Shown piece after piece: positions 1 through 13,574 of a stretch of DNA of 64,000 bases (position 1 is its first letter; the number at the start of each line of letters is the position of its first letter). The translations under genes were made by a program, and so were the position numbers. A model generated the notes under the pieces. That model was not told the origin of the DNA. It saw only the letters and a program-made list of their open reading frames with translations, and searched no databases. The stretch spans positions 32,180,001-32,244,000 of the forward strand of contig NC_058368.1 in NCBI RefSeq assembly GCF_018350175.1. Direction: 5' to 3'. Source of the DNA: Felis catus. Taxonomy: Eukaryota.

Positions 1-649
1 CAGAGAACATTTTCTAAAATTCAATCTTTAATTCCACAGTTTATAAGAATGTAGTTCAGAGCATTACTTTCATTTCTGAAAATTTATATCTGCATAGGAA
101 ATTGGGTCAGATTATTTCTTGCCGAATGAAATTCCCAAAGAAACCATTTTCAAAGAAGGAGCAAATTGAATTATATACTTTTTTATCTATGCTTGGAAGT
201 AATTACCAGGAAATGTTCAACCTGTTTAGATAGATTTTATGTCAAAAAACAATCAAACAAAAAGCTAATTTTGGACCCCACCTTTTCTGTAAACCAAACC
301 ATGTATTTTCACTAGATGACAAGGACAACTTTCTTTCAGTAGTCCAAAAAAAAATGTCTTCAACATCATTTCAAATCACCATCCTCTTTGTAATAATAAA
401 CTATGTTGTACCTATAACATACCTACAAAAGCATTAACATTTTTGTAACACTTTAAGCTCTGTAACACTAACTTATTTATTAAATTCAAGGACTTCATTC
501 AAATTTTAACATTCTGGCATGAAAGAATTACTTGTACATGGTGCAACTAATGTATTTAAACCTGAATTCTTGAAAAAAGAAATGAGGCCACACTATATTT
601 AAGTTTTGTAACTAAAATTATATTATATTCCGCAGCTGGAATACCAGAG

Positions 650-855
650 CTTCACTCTCTGGTAGTATAGCCACAAACCACAAGTAGCTATTTAAATTTA
701 AATTAATGTAAGTTAAATGAACATTTTAGTTCCTCAGGCAACACTAGCCACATTTCAAAAATGTTCAACAGCCGCGTGTGTTTAGTAGCAACCCTACTGG
801 AGAGCACAGATATAGAACATTTCCATTATCTCAGAAAGCTGTTTGTAAAGTGCTG
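650..855 (-). mobile_element. MER3-like hAT-Charlie MITE
   Basis: Matches the reverse complement of MER3 as I recall it: tagccac...tttaaatttaaattaa...gttcctcag...cacagatatagaacatttccatt. Confidence 0.75.
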
Positions 856-864
856 ATTCATAGC

Positions 865-1075
865 AGAAGATGGCAAACTTTTTCTGTAAAGTGCCAGTTA
901 CTAAATGTTTTAAGCTTTGTGGGCTATATGTTCTCTGATAGAATTACTGAATTCTACTATTGTAATGGGAAAACAGTCATAAACAATAAAGGAGTGTGGC
1001 TGTGTTCAAATAAAACTTTATTTACAAAAACAGATTTAGCCAGATTTGGCCTATGGGCTATTTTTTTCTTGCTCT
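865..1075 (-). mobile_element. MER58A-like hAT-Charlie MITE
   Basis: ggcaaactttttctgtaaag...gtggctgtgttcaaataaaactttatttacaaaaacag; explains ORF 778..1149 as spurious. Confidence 0.8.
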
Positions 1076-1635
1076 TGATCTATATTAATGTTTATTTGAT
1101 CAATCTGCATAAGAATTTAAGTACTTTTCCAAGTGTATATGTCATATAAGAATATTCAGTATTTTGAACATAATGTCCATAAAAATTGTTAATAGGTAAG
1201 TGTTACAACCATTTTAGTATTTTTTACATCTGTGTAGTCATCAGCTGTAATAGGAAATGGCTTAATTTATTTTTATCTTTTCCACAGAATTTTAGTAGAA
1301 AGTTTTTATCCATATTTTCCAAAGAGAGGTTACATAATTTGTAGTTGAATGTATGTTAACAAATTTGTGATTGTATTTAGGACAACTAGTTTTTGCTATA
1401 CTCAATAGACATTATTTCATATACTCATTATCTGTTAAGAAGTTTTCATTTCATATACTATTGAATTGTCTTACAATAGCCCATAACTTATTTTTATAAT
1501 TATAATTTTAATGCTCTATCGGGGCATTCAGTTTTGTACTTTGTGTCTATTTCTGCACATGATTTATATTTTTCCCATGGTGACACAAACTGTAGTCCCT
1601 CAGTGCATAAATGCTTTTGAAAATAAAATGTTGTA

Positions 1636-1720
1636 GGGGTACCTGATTGGCTCAGTTGATTCAGCATCTGTCTTGACCTCTGCTCAGGTCTTGATCTTAG
1701 AGTAAATCAATAAAAAATAA
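1636..1720 (+). mobile_element. Very short Can-SINE (tRNA-derived head plus A-rich tail)
   Basis: ggggtacctgattggctcagttg...gctcaggtcttgatct followed directly by an A-rich tail. Confidence 0.65.
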
Positions 1721-1814
1721 CACATGTAAAATTTATCTTTTTCTCTCCAAGAATGTGATTTCTCCCATTTTTCTTGAAACATATTGCTCTAATATTAGTC
1801 ATTTTTTAAAAATA

Positions 1815-2235
1815 TTTTATGGATTATTTGGTAGCCCCTAAAAGATATACCCATGTCCTCGCCCTGGAACTTCTGAATGGGATTTTGTTTGGAAAAATGG
1901 TTTAAGTAGATAATCTAGATTTAGTCTGGGTGCCTAAATCCAATGGTAGGTGGACTTATAAGAGAAAGGTGTAGGAGATTTGGGAGTTAGATACATAGGA
2001 AGAAAGGCCATCTACAAAGGCAGAGTTGGGAGTGGTATAGCCCTAAGACAAGGAACTCCTGGAGCCCCAGAAGCTGAAAATGGTGAGAAAGGATTCTCCT
2101 CTTGAGCCTCTGGAGGGAGCTGGGCCCTGTCAGCATCTTGATTTTAGACTTCTGACCTCCAAAACTGTGATACAAAAGATTTCTGTTGTTTTAAGACACC
2201 AGCTTTGTCATAATTTATACAGCAGCCCTATGACA
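1815..2235 (+). mobile_element. MLT1 (MaLR) solo LTR, MLT1B/C-like
   Basis: aaggattctcctcttgagcctctggagggagc...cttgattttagacttctgacctccaaaactgtga...ttctgttgttttaag. Confidence 0.8.
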
Positions 2236-2400
2236 TCAGTTCACTTGTGTGTGAAATTAGTTTTGAACTGTTTTATTGAAAATGGAAAAACAAGCCTAAT
2301 ATTAATGAAATTTTTCACTTTATTTTGTTATGGGGGAAAATACTGTGGTTATTATGGAAAAGTAGGGAAGGCAAATTTCATCTGAAAACAGCAACTATTT

Positions 2401-2577
2401 TGTGATGTCTGGGTGGCTCAGTTGGTTAAGCTTCTTATTCTTAATTTTGGCTCAGGTCATGATCCGAGGGTCGTGAGATTGAGACCCACATCAAATTGCA
2501 CTGGGTGTGAAGCCTACTTAAGATTCTCTCTCTCAAAAACTAATAATAATAATAATAATAATTAAAAAATAAAAATA
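2401..2577 (+). mobile_element. Old Can-SINE
   Basis: SINEC head, (CT)n, (TAA)n/A tail; TSD aaaacagcaactattt / aaaacagcaattattt. Confidence 0.85.
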
Positions 2578-2827
2578 AAAACAGCAATTATTTTGCTTAA
2601 GTCTATTTTTGACATATAGAAACATGAATTCATACTTTCTGAGCTTTTTGAGAGAGTTTGGAAATAATATATTTTATATCATATGCTCTAATAATTAAAA
2701 TTTTAAATGATACTAATGAGTAAAATTCATATTTCACACAAAATTTTGACTTAGATAACTTAGTTTATAGCCTCAGATATATTGTGTGATATCAAAAATT
2801 GAAAATAAAAAAGATGCTGCATAGTTT

Positions 2828-3300
2828 TGTAAAGGTGGCAAGATAAACCTCTGCCCTCTTAGAGGTTTGGCTGACCCTGAAAATTAAAGTGACATAAGGC
2901 AGATCGACAAGAGAAAGGCATACTAATTTATTTAATTCAAATTTCACACACCATAAGAGCCCTCATAAGGACATGAAGGCCTCAAGAAGTGCAGACTAAA
3001 TGTTTTATACTAGACTGAACAAAGAGGCACTTGTGGAAAAGTAACTATGTGGGAAACTAAAGGAAGGTAAGAATTATTTTAACAAAGGCTGTTTCAACTT
3101 TCCAGTCTTGGGTGATAAGAATGTTACTTTTCTTCTGATATAAGGACGTCTTCCAAATGGGGATTTTATTTGGGCTTTAAGGTAAAAAGGGGAGAGTCAG
3201 AATACTCCTTTTGCACTTGCTATTTTTTTAAGTGCCTTTATATAAAATAATTTTTATGCCAAAGGGGCATATTTGGAAGTACATATTCTAGTTTCCTTTG
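2828..3300 (-). mobile_element. ERV1-type solo LTR (MER34/carnivore-LTR-like)
   Basis: Begins tgtaaagg; tttatt (polyA signal on minus); ends with aaaataatttttatgccaaaggggcatatttgg, typical of reversed ERV1 LTR starts. Confidence 0.55.
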
Positions 3301-4166
3301 CTATTACTATCTATCAGGTATATATTTTCACTTAAAAGTCAATTAATGCACTATAGTTAATTCATTTTCTTAGTTCATTTTGTTTTTTGATTATTATCCC
3401 AGCCTTTACCCCAAGACTTAAGCAGATCTCTAGAATTGTTCTGGTATTCTTAAAGCTTTATTCAGACAATGCTTGTTACTCCCATCCTTTACTAATTATT
3501 TTTGAGACTAGTGAACTGATTCTTACTCTCTTTACTTGGCATTTACTAGTTCCCTTGTCCTTCCTTTTTCAGGTTTATTTTCTTATTTTATGAGAACAAA
3601 TCCAAAGGAACTTGTTGAGGATAATATTGCTCTAGTCAGTGTCTCTAGCAAACAGCAAAGCTCATTAGAAAAATGATACCAGCCAGAGTTTAATTCCTTT
3701 ATCAGAAAATCCTGATTGTTGTTCTTGTTATTATTATATAGGTGATGCCATATTCCTTCTGGATTTGGGGGAACATTTCTTTATTCTTGCTTTCTTTTAG
3801 TTTCAAAATGAAAGAACTTGATGTGGATTTTTTTTCCCTAATGTACATGATAAATGAAACCTTTAAACTGGTGTTGAATCCTTTTAGGCTTATTTTGTAA
3901 ATTACCTTATCATTTCTTACAATGCATGAATTAGTCCTCTACTTTTATATTTTTCTCTCACATTTTGTCCTCTATGTATTATTTCCTCATGTTGAGATAT
4001 TTTCATTTACTTTTCTTTCAAACATTCCATTGATTTCTTTTATATTTTCAAAGTCTTGCTGCCACTCCTTGAATATTTCTTTTATGTAACTTTTTATTTT
4101 TATATTATTGATGCAGCATTCAGTTAGAGTGTTTCTTGTTTATTATTAAATTGGCTCTGTTTTGTG

Positions 4167-4290
4167 AATTTTATTGCCTTGGGAATCACATGTTCTTTTT
4201 TTCTTTCTTTTCTTTCTTTAATTTTGTTGCCTTGGGAATCACGTGTTCTTTCTTTCTTTCTTTCTTTCTCTCATTCTTTCTTTCTTTCTT
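4167..4290. repeat. Local duplication of about 53 bp running into a (CTTT)n microsatellite
   Basis: ttgccttgggaatcacatgttcttt and ttgccttgggaatcacgtgttcttt, each followed by CTTT repeats. Confidence 0.85.
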
Positions 4291-6139
4291 TCAAGAAATC
4301 TCTTGTTTTTGTTTATCTGTATTTAAATGCTCTTATTCAAATATAAGGGGAGCATAGCTTTTTATTTATATGAAGTACTTAGAAAGTCCATTAGAAGCCT
4401 AAGTCATGTGATTAGGTTTTCAAATGGGAAGCTTTGCCCCTTAGGGTGAAAAAGCAGAAAATTAGCAGTTAAACTTTGGAAAACCTAAATGTCTAAATAC
4501 AAGGGTCTTTGTTCTAGGACATTAGCTGCTCAAGTTTTTCAAGCTATTTTTGTGTGTTTGTTTTGGTAACTTTTCTAATCTAACCCTGTTTTATCAACTC
4601 ACTTCTTTGGGGGTGATAAATGATTGGAGGGAGTATATTTCATGTGGAAATGTGTGTATGGGAGGCGTGTCAGTGACTCTTCTTTTATTCTTCCCATTTC
4701 ACATACCTACAGTTTAGTCCCTAAGATATGAGCTGACCTGGTATTCTACAGGCTAACATGCTTCTATGTAGGCCCTCATCCCTGTGACCTATAGATTAGG
4801 CAGCATCTTTCCTTTCCTGCTTCATTAATCACTATCTATAGTGGTTGAAATCTGTTATCTGCTGGTGTCACTATTTCCCAATTTCTTCAAACCTTGTATT
4901 CTTTTGCCATGGACCATTAAAAGAATGAGAAAAGTATAAATGTTGTCTTTTTGTCTTATAGGACAACACTGGTATCTCCTAATTTCTTCTCTAGATTTAT
5001 ATTAGTAAAATCAGAAAACATATCAATAATATCAATCAGAAATCTGTATTCACTGATAATGTGATTGATCACAATGCCATTATTTTATATCCAGAAACTT
5101 TTATTGTAAGGACTTTACTAGAGTATTTTGATTTATTTAACTATATTTTTTAAAAATAGTACATGAGCGTGAATTCTAAATTGTAGCTAAGAACATAAGG
5201 GAAGATAATGGGAAATAAGCTTCTTAACATGCAAAATATAGTTAACCATATTTCTCTTGTTGGAATGCTATGAAAATTTATTGATAAAACATATATGGTA
5301 ACTTATCTGGTATGCTATCTAGCAAAACATAGTGCTAACTCAAAACTACCATTTTACAGTCTTTCAATTGTAAAATATCTATACACTGAAGATTTTCAAG
5401 TAGAAATTGGATAGTTATTTGTATGGCTTATTTCATAAGTAGAACCTTAACTAGATACAGGGATAGACCAAAAATCCTGAGATACTCTCATTTCATGATG
5501 TCTCTAATTTTATAGCAACTTTTCTGTAAGGTGCCATAATACAGATTTTTACTACAAAATCTGACACTGATTGTGAAGCTTATCAGAAAAGAGAAAACAT
5601 AGTTTTAGAGAGAGCTATGGATATCTAAACTCTAAGGACCTTTTGTTGTGTATTTATATATGCTGAGAAGTAGGAGAAATGTATGTTGCAAAAGCCTTAG
5701 TAATGTACAAAAAATTGATTTGCATTTTTCCAAGTAGATTCTTTTATACTAAAGGCTTTGGAACAGTGGGTAACAGAACCATTTACAGCAACATGAATAA
5801 ACTTTAATTTAACCAGAACATTTGATTAACTACCATTTCAGTTTCATCCAACATGCTGGATAATCAAGTTATAGCAGCACTTTGATATAAGCAGTATGTA
5901 AGGTTTTTCTATGGAATGTTTTTCAAAGTCCTAATTTAACATTTTTAAATATTTATAACAATTCTCACATATCAATGAATATCAAGGCGTAAAAGTACTT
6001 GCTTTAACTGTGACTGTAAAAAAGAAAGAATAAAGATGTGAGGTGGAATGAAGGGCAAAAGTTCTTTCAATATTATTGACTCTTGTAGAGGTAGAGATTT
6101 GAAAGTTAAGCTTGTAATCACACACCACACCACAAGCCT

Positions 6140-6320
6140 TTGAATTCATACCATGCCTGGACCATTTTCTTCCTGAATGCCATTAACTGAATCTCTCTGA
6201 GCCTTAGTTCTATTATGTAAAAATGTGGCTAAACAGCTCTACTCCTAGAATTGTTAAATATTTCATGAATATAAATTACCTGGGCAGAGACTATTAAATG
6301 GTTTCTAAATTATCATCATT
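6140..6320 (+). mobile_element. MIR fragment
   Basis: MIR core-like ctctctgagccttagttctattatgtaaaaatg. Confidence 0.55.
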
Positions 6321-7431
6321 GTAAGACATTATTATAAGAAATATTTTCATTATTTCATTTAACAACTAGTTAGTGATCCCTGACTTATGCCATGTATATA
6401 GTCAGGTGCCGGGGATTCTACTCTTAATGGGAAAGCCATGGTCTGACTAAAATGGAGCTGACATTATATTTAGCTGCAGACAATACAAGAAATCAACTAA
6501 AAATGTACAGGTTTTGATGTGCTAAGTAAATATGCCATTGCCTAGAACGAACAGTGCAAAGCCTATTTTTGAACAGGCTTGTCAGAGGAAGATTCTCAGG
6601 GAGGATATATTTACTCAGAGATTTTTAGAGTGAAGAATCAGCCAAGTAAAGAGTGAAGGGCAGAAGGTTACATACATATGAAAAAAACAAGTTCAAGTTC
6701 ACTGAAGCCCTCTCCCCACAAAAGAAGTTTCTCTTCTAGAAACTACTGGGAAAACAGTGTGTCTGAAGCAAGAACAGTAAGGGGAGCACAAGATGAAGTT
6801 GTATAAGAGTACACAGACCAGATCAAGGAAGATCTTGCAAACTTTTGTAAAGAATTTTGATGTTTTTTTTGAAGTTCAGTGAGATGTATTTAAATGTGAA
6901 GATCACATAATCTTTTTTTTTTTTTTTAATGTTTTAAAATATCCCTCAGCTGCTGACTGAAGAGAAGGAAAAGGAAAAAGGAACCGTGATAAAGTGATAT
7001 TAGTGGTTCAGGATTAAATCAATGAAGTTTGGGTTAGTGAAAGGATAGTTAAGATAAGAATGAATACATTTGAAATAATTTTGGTGTAGAAGAAGTGGGG
7101 GCTTAACATTTAAGCTAATAATGATATATCACACTCTGTGCCTCAGATGGTGGATCAGGTAACTTAGAGAGTTTATGAGTAATCACAAGATGACTCCAAG
7201 AGTCCTGGGTTTTGCTACTAGGTGAATGGTAATAACATTTACTCTGATAGGGAGTGCTGGATAAGGAATAGAATGGGAAAGGGGAAATCAAAGTTTGTAG
7301 TATTGACATGCTAAATTTGTGGTGCCTAGAAGGCATCCAAGTACAGTTGTCAAGTAGACAGACAGATATGTGAGTTTGGAGAATCCAGGAAGGCCCTGGG
7401 ATGGAATATTAATTTAAAATCATCACTATCA

Positions 7432-7657
7432 GGGGCGCCTGGGTGGCTCAGTAGGTTAAGCAGCCGACTTCGGCTCAGGTCGTGATCTCACGGTCTGTGA
7501 GTTCGAGCCCCGTATCGGGCTCTGTGCTGACAGCTCAGAGCCTGGAGCCTGTTTCAGATTCTGTGTCTCCCTCTCTCTGACCCTCCCCTGTTCATGCTCT
7601 GTTTCTCCCTGTCTCAAAAAATAAATAAAACGTTAAAAAAAAGTTAAAAAAATAAAT
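7432..7657 (+). mobile_element. Young felid SINEC_Fc
   Basis: ggggcgcctgggtggctcagt...gagttcgagccccg; CT tract; A tail; TSD aaaatcatcactatca / aaaatcatcagtatca. Confidence 0.97.
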
Positions 7658-7674
7658 AAAATCATCAGTATCAA

Positions 7675-7745
7675 AGTATTAACCTTTAAATATCCCACAA
7701 TTTTATTTGTCAATTATATCTTAATAAAGATGAAAAAAAATTGGA
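7675..7745 (+). mobile_element. L1 extreme 3'-end stub
   Basis: cacaattttatttgtcaattatatcttaataaagatgaaaaaaaa resembles the carnivore/L1MA terminus. Confidence 0.65.
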
Positions 7746-9820
7746 AAAACTCATCTGTACTTGTTTTTTAATCATATATACAAATAAAATTACTAGGGAA
7801 TAAAATATATAGAAAGATATAGTATCCAGGATATAGCCTTAAACCTTGAAAAAAGGATAAAAGAGCAAGAATTCAGCAAAGGACACTAAAAAGTTAAAGT
7901 CTGTGAGTTAGGAAATTGAATGGGGTATTGTCTTAGAAGCCACAAAGGAGAACAATATTTCAATAGTTGTCAATATATCTAAGAAGCTTGTTATTTGAAG
8001 ACAGAGTGGATTAGAATAGTGTGCCTTATTCAACCATTCCACCGAAAAGAATGAACTTAAAATCTATTGTATGCTAGGGATATACTTCAGGCACCAGAGA
8101 TATAGCAGTGAAGCAATATACCAGTGGGCAAACATTTCTGCAATTATGGAGATTATATTCTGAAGAAGAGAGATGGACAGGAAACAAGAAAAATATGAAA
8201 TATGTAAAACATATGGCATATTAGATAGTGTTAAGTTCTAAGAAGAAAAATAAAGGGGAAGTGTTAAGAATTCTTGCAAGGAGTTTACCAAATTTGGGTA
8301 GTTTTGACCTTTACATTTGGAAATGTGAGAACTATTTGTAACTTGAAGTAGAGAGAAACACTCATGATGAAAGTCCGATTGCAAAAGATTGAAGACTGAC
8401 AGGAAGAAGAAAAAGTGGAGATATAAGAGTAGAAAATTCTTCCAGGAACTCTTGTGAGTAGAAAATGGCATGGCACTATATGTGGAAGGAAATGTGGGAT
8501 CAAGGAGGGTCTACTGATGGACACATTATATGTATTTATTTACTTATAAGTAGAGATACCATATTTGCATGTTGAGATGTATGCTCTAGCAGAGATTGAC
8601 AACATAGGAAAATATGCAGAGAAACAACGGGATATATAAAGGAAATTGTGGACAAACTGACCTTTAACAAGAGAAAACACTTGATCGTCTTTAAAAATAA
8701 CAGAGGGAAAAAAAGATGACTGAGAATATACTAGTTTATAATATGATAGTGAAAAGATGAGGCAATATAATTATTTGAAAGTGATGATTAAAAATATATA
8801 TTTTAAGTGTTTGCCAAAGGATGGTTCAGTTCAATAAGGCTTAGAATTGACATCTGAATACAATGGAAGAAGAATGAAAGGTGTTGAGATTATTTTCAAA
8901 TGAGTGATTACAAAAATGAACCTTGAGATATACACTAAGCAAAATTAAATTATTATGTACAAGAGAGGACCAATGAATAAAATATCTTACTGAGGTCAAA
9001 TATTTAAGGCAGGGGTATTCAAGGAACACTGAAGTCAAAGTGTACATCAGAGGGAGAGCTGTTTGAAAGTAAGTTTCAATAAAGAACTCAAAAGAAAGGG
9101 AATATTAAATTCTTTTGAAAGCAAGTGTTCTGGATATCATTTTAAAATATACATTTAAGTCAATTTTTGTTCTGAACTTTCCATTTTTTCCTAACCCACT
9201 ACTTTTCATTCCCACAACTTAAGTAAGGAAGCATTTGGCATCAATTGACTGGGGGAAAGGTGTCAGAGTGGAAAGTAAAGTAGTCTTCAAGGTTTCCTGA
9301 TTTCCATTATTAAGAGTTAAAGATCTAAGACTGAATATTTGTTGTGGAGGAAAGAGAAAGTCCTTAGAGAGGTGGATATTCTGTATGAAAGATTAAAGTA
9401 AAGGGAATTGTTCAAGCAGACCAGGACATTGTGCTGCATCCCTTAGAAAAGTAGAAAGATTCAAGGTGATGAATCAAGGCACATGGGAACACAAGCAAAG
9501 GTACAAGAATATCTGTGGCTTTAGAATGTGTGGAAGAAGCACCATCTGCAAAACAACAAATAGAACCACGTTGGCATGTATGTCCAGAGATGCATATGCT
9601 TTCCCACCTTCTTGATATGCAGTACTGTTCCTGGAGCATGATATAGCATAGGAGGATGGAGTTGAGACTGAAAAATAGAAACTTAAAGGAGAAAATAATA
9701 TCCTGGTATAGGCTGCTCTTCATCTCAGAGCTCATTCTTCCAAATACATGCAGAAATTTATGGAGGAAGACAAGAGAAATGAAGGAAAATTTTACTCCTT
9801 CCCCTCTTCAGAAGGACACT

Positions 9821-11428
9821 AAGAATAAATATTGTTAAAATGTCAATACTACCCAAAGCTATCTACACATTCAATGCAATCCCAATTAAAAATTGCACCA
9901 GCATTCTTCTCAAAGCTAGAACAAGCAATCCTAAAATTTGTATGGAACCACAAAAGACCCCGAATAACCAAAGTAATATTGAAGAAGACCAAAGCGGGAG
10001 GCATCATAATCCCAGACTTTAGCCTCTACTACAAAGCTGTAGTCATCAAGACAGTATGATATTGGCACAAAAACAGACACATAGACCAATGGAATAGAAT
10101 AGAGACTCCAGAATTGGACCCACAAAAGTGTGGCCGACTAATCTTTGACAAAGCAAGAAAGAATATCCATTGGAAAAAATACAGTCTCTTTAACAGATGG
10201 TGCTGGGAGAACTGAACAGCAACATGCAGAAGAATGAAACTAGACCACTTTCTTACACCATTCACAAAAATAAACGCAAAATGGATGAAGGACCTGAATG
10301 TGAGACAGGAAACCATCAAAACCCTAGAGGAGAAAGCAGGAAAAGACCTCTCTGACCTCAGCCGCAATTTCTTACCTGACACATCTCCAAAGGCAAGGGA
10401 ATTAAAAGCAAAAATGAACTATTGGGACCTCATGAAGATAAAAAGCTTCTTCACTGCAAAGGAAACAATCAACAAAACTAGAAGGCAACCAAGGATATAG
10501 GAAAAGATATTTGCAAATGACATATCAGACAAAAGGCTAGTATTCAAAATCTATAAAGAACTCACCAAACTCCACACCTGAAAAACAAATAATCCAGTGA
10601 AAAAATGGGCAGAAAACGTGAACAGACACTTCTCTAAAGAAGACATCCAGGTGGCCAACAGGCACATGAAAAGATGTTCAACATCACTCCTCATCAAGGA
10701 AATACAAATCAAAGCTACATTGAGATACCATCTCATGCCAATCAGAATGGCTAAAATGAGCAAATCAGGAGACTATAGATGCTGGAGAGGATGTGGAGAT
10801 ATGGAAACCCTCTTGCACTGTAGGTAGGAATGCAAACTGGTGCAGCCACTCTGGAAAACATTGTGGAAGTTCCTCAAAAAATTAAAAATAGATCTACCCT
10901 ATGACCCAGCAATAGCACTGCTAGGCATTTACCCAAAGGATACAGGAATGCTGATGATAGGGGCACTTGTACCCCAATGTTTATAGCAGCACTTTCAGCA
11001 ACAGCCAAATTATGGAAAGAGCCTAAATTTCCATCAACTGATGAATGGATAAAGAAATTGTGGTTTATATACACAATGGAATACTACGTGGCAATGAGAA
11101 AGAATGAACTATGGCTTTTTGTAGCAATGTGGATGGAACTGCAGAGTGTGATGCTAAGTGAAATAAGCCATACAGAGAAAGACAGATACCATATGGTTTC
11201 ACTCTTATGTGGATCCTGAGAAACTTAACAGAAGATCATGGGAGAGGGGAAGGGAAAAAAATAATTAGAGAGAGAGAGAGAGAGCCAAACCATAAGAGAC
11301 TCTTGAAAACTGAGAATAAACTGTGGGTTGATGGGGAGTGGGAGGGTGGGTGATGGGCATTGAGGAGGGCGCCTGCTGGGATGAGCACTGGGGGTTGTAT
11401 GAAAACCAATTTGACACTAAATTTCATA

Positions 11429-11463
<35 letters not shown>

Positions 11464-11465
11464 AC
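9821..11465 (+). mobile_element. 5'-truncated felid L1 (ORF2 C-terminus, 3'UTR, (AAAT)n tail)
   Basis: ORF2 peptides [59 protein letters not shown]-rich 3'UTR; stops and frameshifts. Confidence 0.97.
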
Positions 11466-11619
11466 AAACACATACATTAAAAAATTTAATTACAATACAG
11501 AAACAGAACCATGAGTTAAAATCAGAGGGGAAATAAAAAATATTACAATTAGCCATACAAATATATCATTTATTTATTGTATCTGATGGAGACTGTCAAA
11601 TAAGAATACATAATATGTA

Positions 11620-12065
11620 TCAAGAAATCAAAGAGTTGCTTGATGGAAATATTCTTTTTCTTAATTTGGTGAAGATACATGACTAAATATATTTGTCAAA
11701 AACTTGTGGAATGTTACATCCATGAGAGTGAATACTAGCTTGTAGATTGGAACTAAAACCTTACTTTTAAAAGAAATACCATCTACAAAGATCATTAAAA
11801 AAAAGAGTACTGTGGGACACAGTTAAAGTGATTATTAGAGAGACATTTATGCTTTAAAGTCTTCAAGTTTAAAAAAATAAAGGCTGAAAAGATCTAAAAC
11901 ATCAACTTTAAACAATAACAAATAAAATGAAACAAATAGTCTAAAGAGAATAGAAAAGAGAAATAATACAATAAATGCTTAATGTAATAGAAAACAATTA
12001 TCCAGTAACAAGTGCCAACAAGGAGATAAAAGTTGACTTTTTAGAAAGACTAAATATTCAATATC
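11620..12065 (+). mobile_element. Ancient L1M fragments (3' end and ORF2 piece)
   Basis: gatggaaatattctttttctt...tatatttgtcaaaaact; ctgtgggacacagttaaagtgattattagagagacatttatgc (LWDT.K...RG.F-like). Confidence 0.55.
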
Positions 12066-12330
12066 CTCAGTAACATGTTACTACCAGAACTCTCTTGAAA
12101 ACTATTCAGTCAACAAATGACAGCTGTTTCACTAACCATGCTTCTGAAAGGCCACCAGCAACAGACACTCTGATAACCACAGCTTCACAGCTAAATGACT
12201 AAACAATCATGAAACACTTGCATCTCTGTGATTGGGACAATCCCTGAACTCAGTGCTTGAAAAATCCTCAAGAAATATTCTCTGGTTTGCTAAAAGAGAC
12301 TGTAATAAATACAGCCTTTTTAGACACTCG

Positions 12331-12355
12331 AAAGAAAGAGAAAGAAAAGAAAGAG

Positions 12356-12398
<43 letters not shown>

Positions 12399-12429
12399 AA
12401 AAGAAAAGGAAGGAAGGAAGAAAGAAAGA
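12331..12429. repeat. (GAAA)n/(GGAA)n microsatellite
   Basis: Directly visible. Confidence 0.95.
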
Positions 12430-13147
12430 TCATTTCTCTGTTAATAGGAGCAAATGCAACCATTAGAGCACAACTGGGGGAAAAAAGTTTTAAGGAAGTA
12501 GTTCTCTGAGGAAAGTGAAACTATAAAAGATGCTATTTTTGCTCTCTGAAAACTTTGGTGAAGAATGTGAAAACAAAATGTCCTCAAACATCAAAACCAA
12601 GAATAATGCAAAAGAAACTTAACTCATCAGAACACAGCAGGATCATTATATGCTATTGTAGGAAAGAATCCATTTCAGAGAGAGAAGAACAAATGTAGAA
12701 ATGCCCCTACAATGGCATACAAGATTATCAGGAAAGCTTTGATTTGTAAATGTACTGTGATACTTAATGTAGAGAAATCTTAAATCTTAGCCCAGTATAG
12801 AAATCTATCATTCCCGATAGTATGAGAACTCTGGATGTTCCAATATCCAAGCAGAAGGTAGACAATCATCCGCATATGAGTTAGGACAAGGTGAATTTTA
12901 AGGTGCTGATAAATACCAAAAATCAATATAAAACATAGAATATACGCACAAAATATAATTGTGCAATGGAGGGCAATTGTCCAGTATGGATGGAAAGAAA
13001 CACTTGTTTATGTATTTATTTCATTATTATTGGTCTTTCTTCTGTGAAAATCTCTTGAACGTGAGAATTTTTGGCATTCCTAAACTTGCAAAAATTATAT
13101 GGCTATAGAATATTGTGTATAAAATGCTATTTAAAATAGTACACACT

Positions 13148-13345
13148 GGGGTGCCTGAGTGACTCAGTTGGCTAAGCATCTGACTCCTTTTGAGCTCAGG
13201 TCATGATACCCTGGTTCATGATGTCAGGCCCCACCTTGGGCTCTGCACTGACAGCTTGGCGCCTGCTTGGGATTTTCTCTCTTTGCCTCTCTCTGTCCCT
13301 CCCCACCTCTCAAAAATAAATAAATAAACATTTAAAAAAATTAAA
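13148..13345 (+). mobile_element. Can-SINE
   Basis: ggggtgcctgagtgactcagttgg...CT tract...A tail. Confidence 0.92.
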
Positions 13346-13574
13346 CAAAATGGCACATAGCTATGAAACATATTATATTAAATACTATTGACTCATAATG
13401 GAATTTATGTGGGAAAAGTGTTATAATTGGAGTTAATAAAGGTTAAGTGAATACATATTTCATTTTGTTACATTATTAGAAAATTAGATATCACCTTCTT
13501 TGTTCTGCTTAATAAAGAGTTGTCAATATATTTCATTTCATAACTCCTCTTAACATATGTACTGCACATCCATC

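Larger units (their letters stand above)
6350..9730 (-). mobile_element. Degraded L2 LINE segments (a second L2 3' end near 8027-8240), interrupted by a SINE and an L1 3' stub
   Basis: L2-type 3' end (cattt..aacaa..ttatgcca...atggagctgacatt) and body (agatgactccaagagtcctggg...gacatgctaaatttgtggtgcctag...gtagacag); purine-rich plus strand. Confidence 0.6.

Noticed and set aside
778..1149. 123-aa ORF
   Set aside because: Runs across MER3 and MER58A MITEs; non-ATG start; no protein-like features
7432..7510. tRNA gene
   Set aside because: A/B boxes belong to the tRNA-derived Can-SINE head
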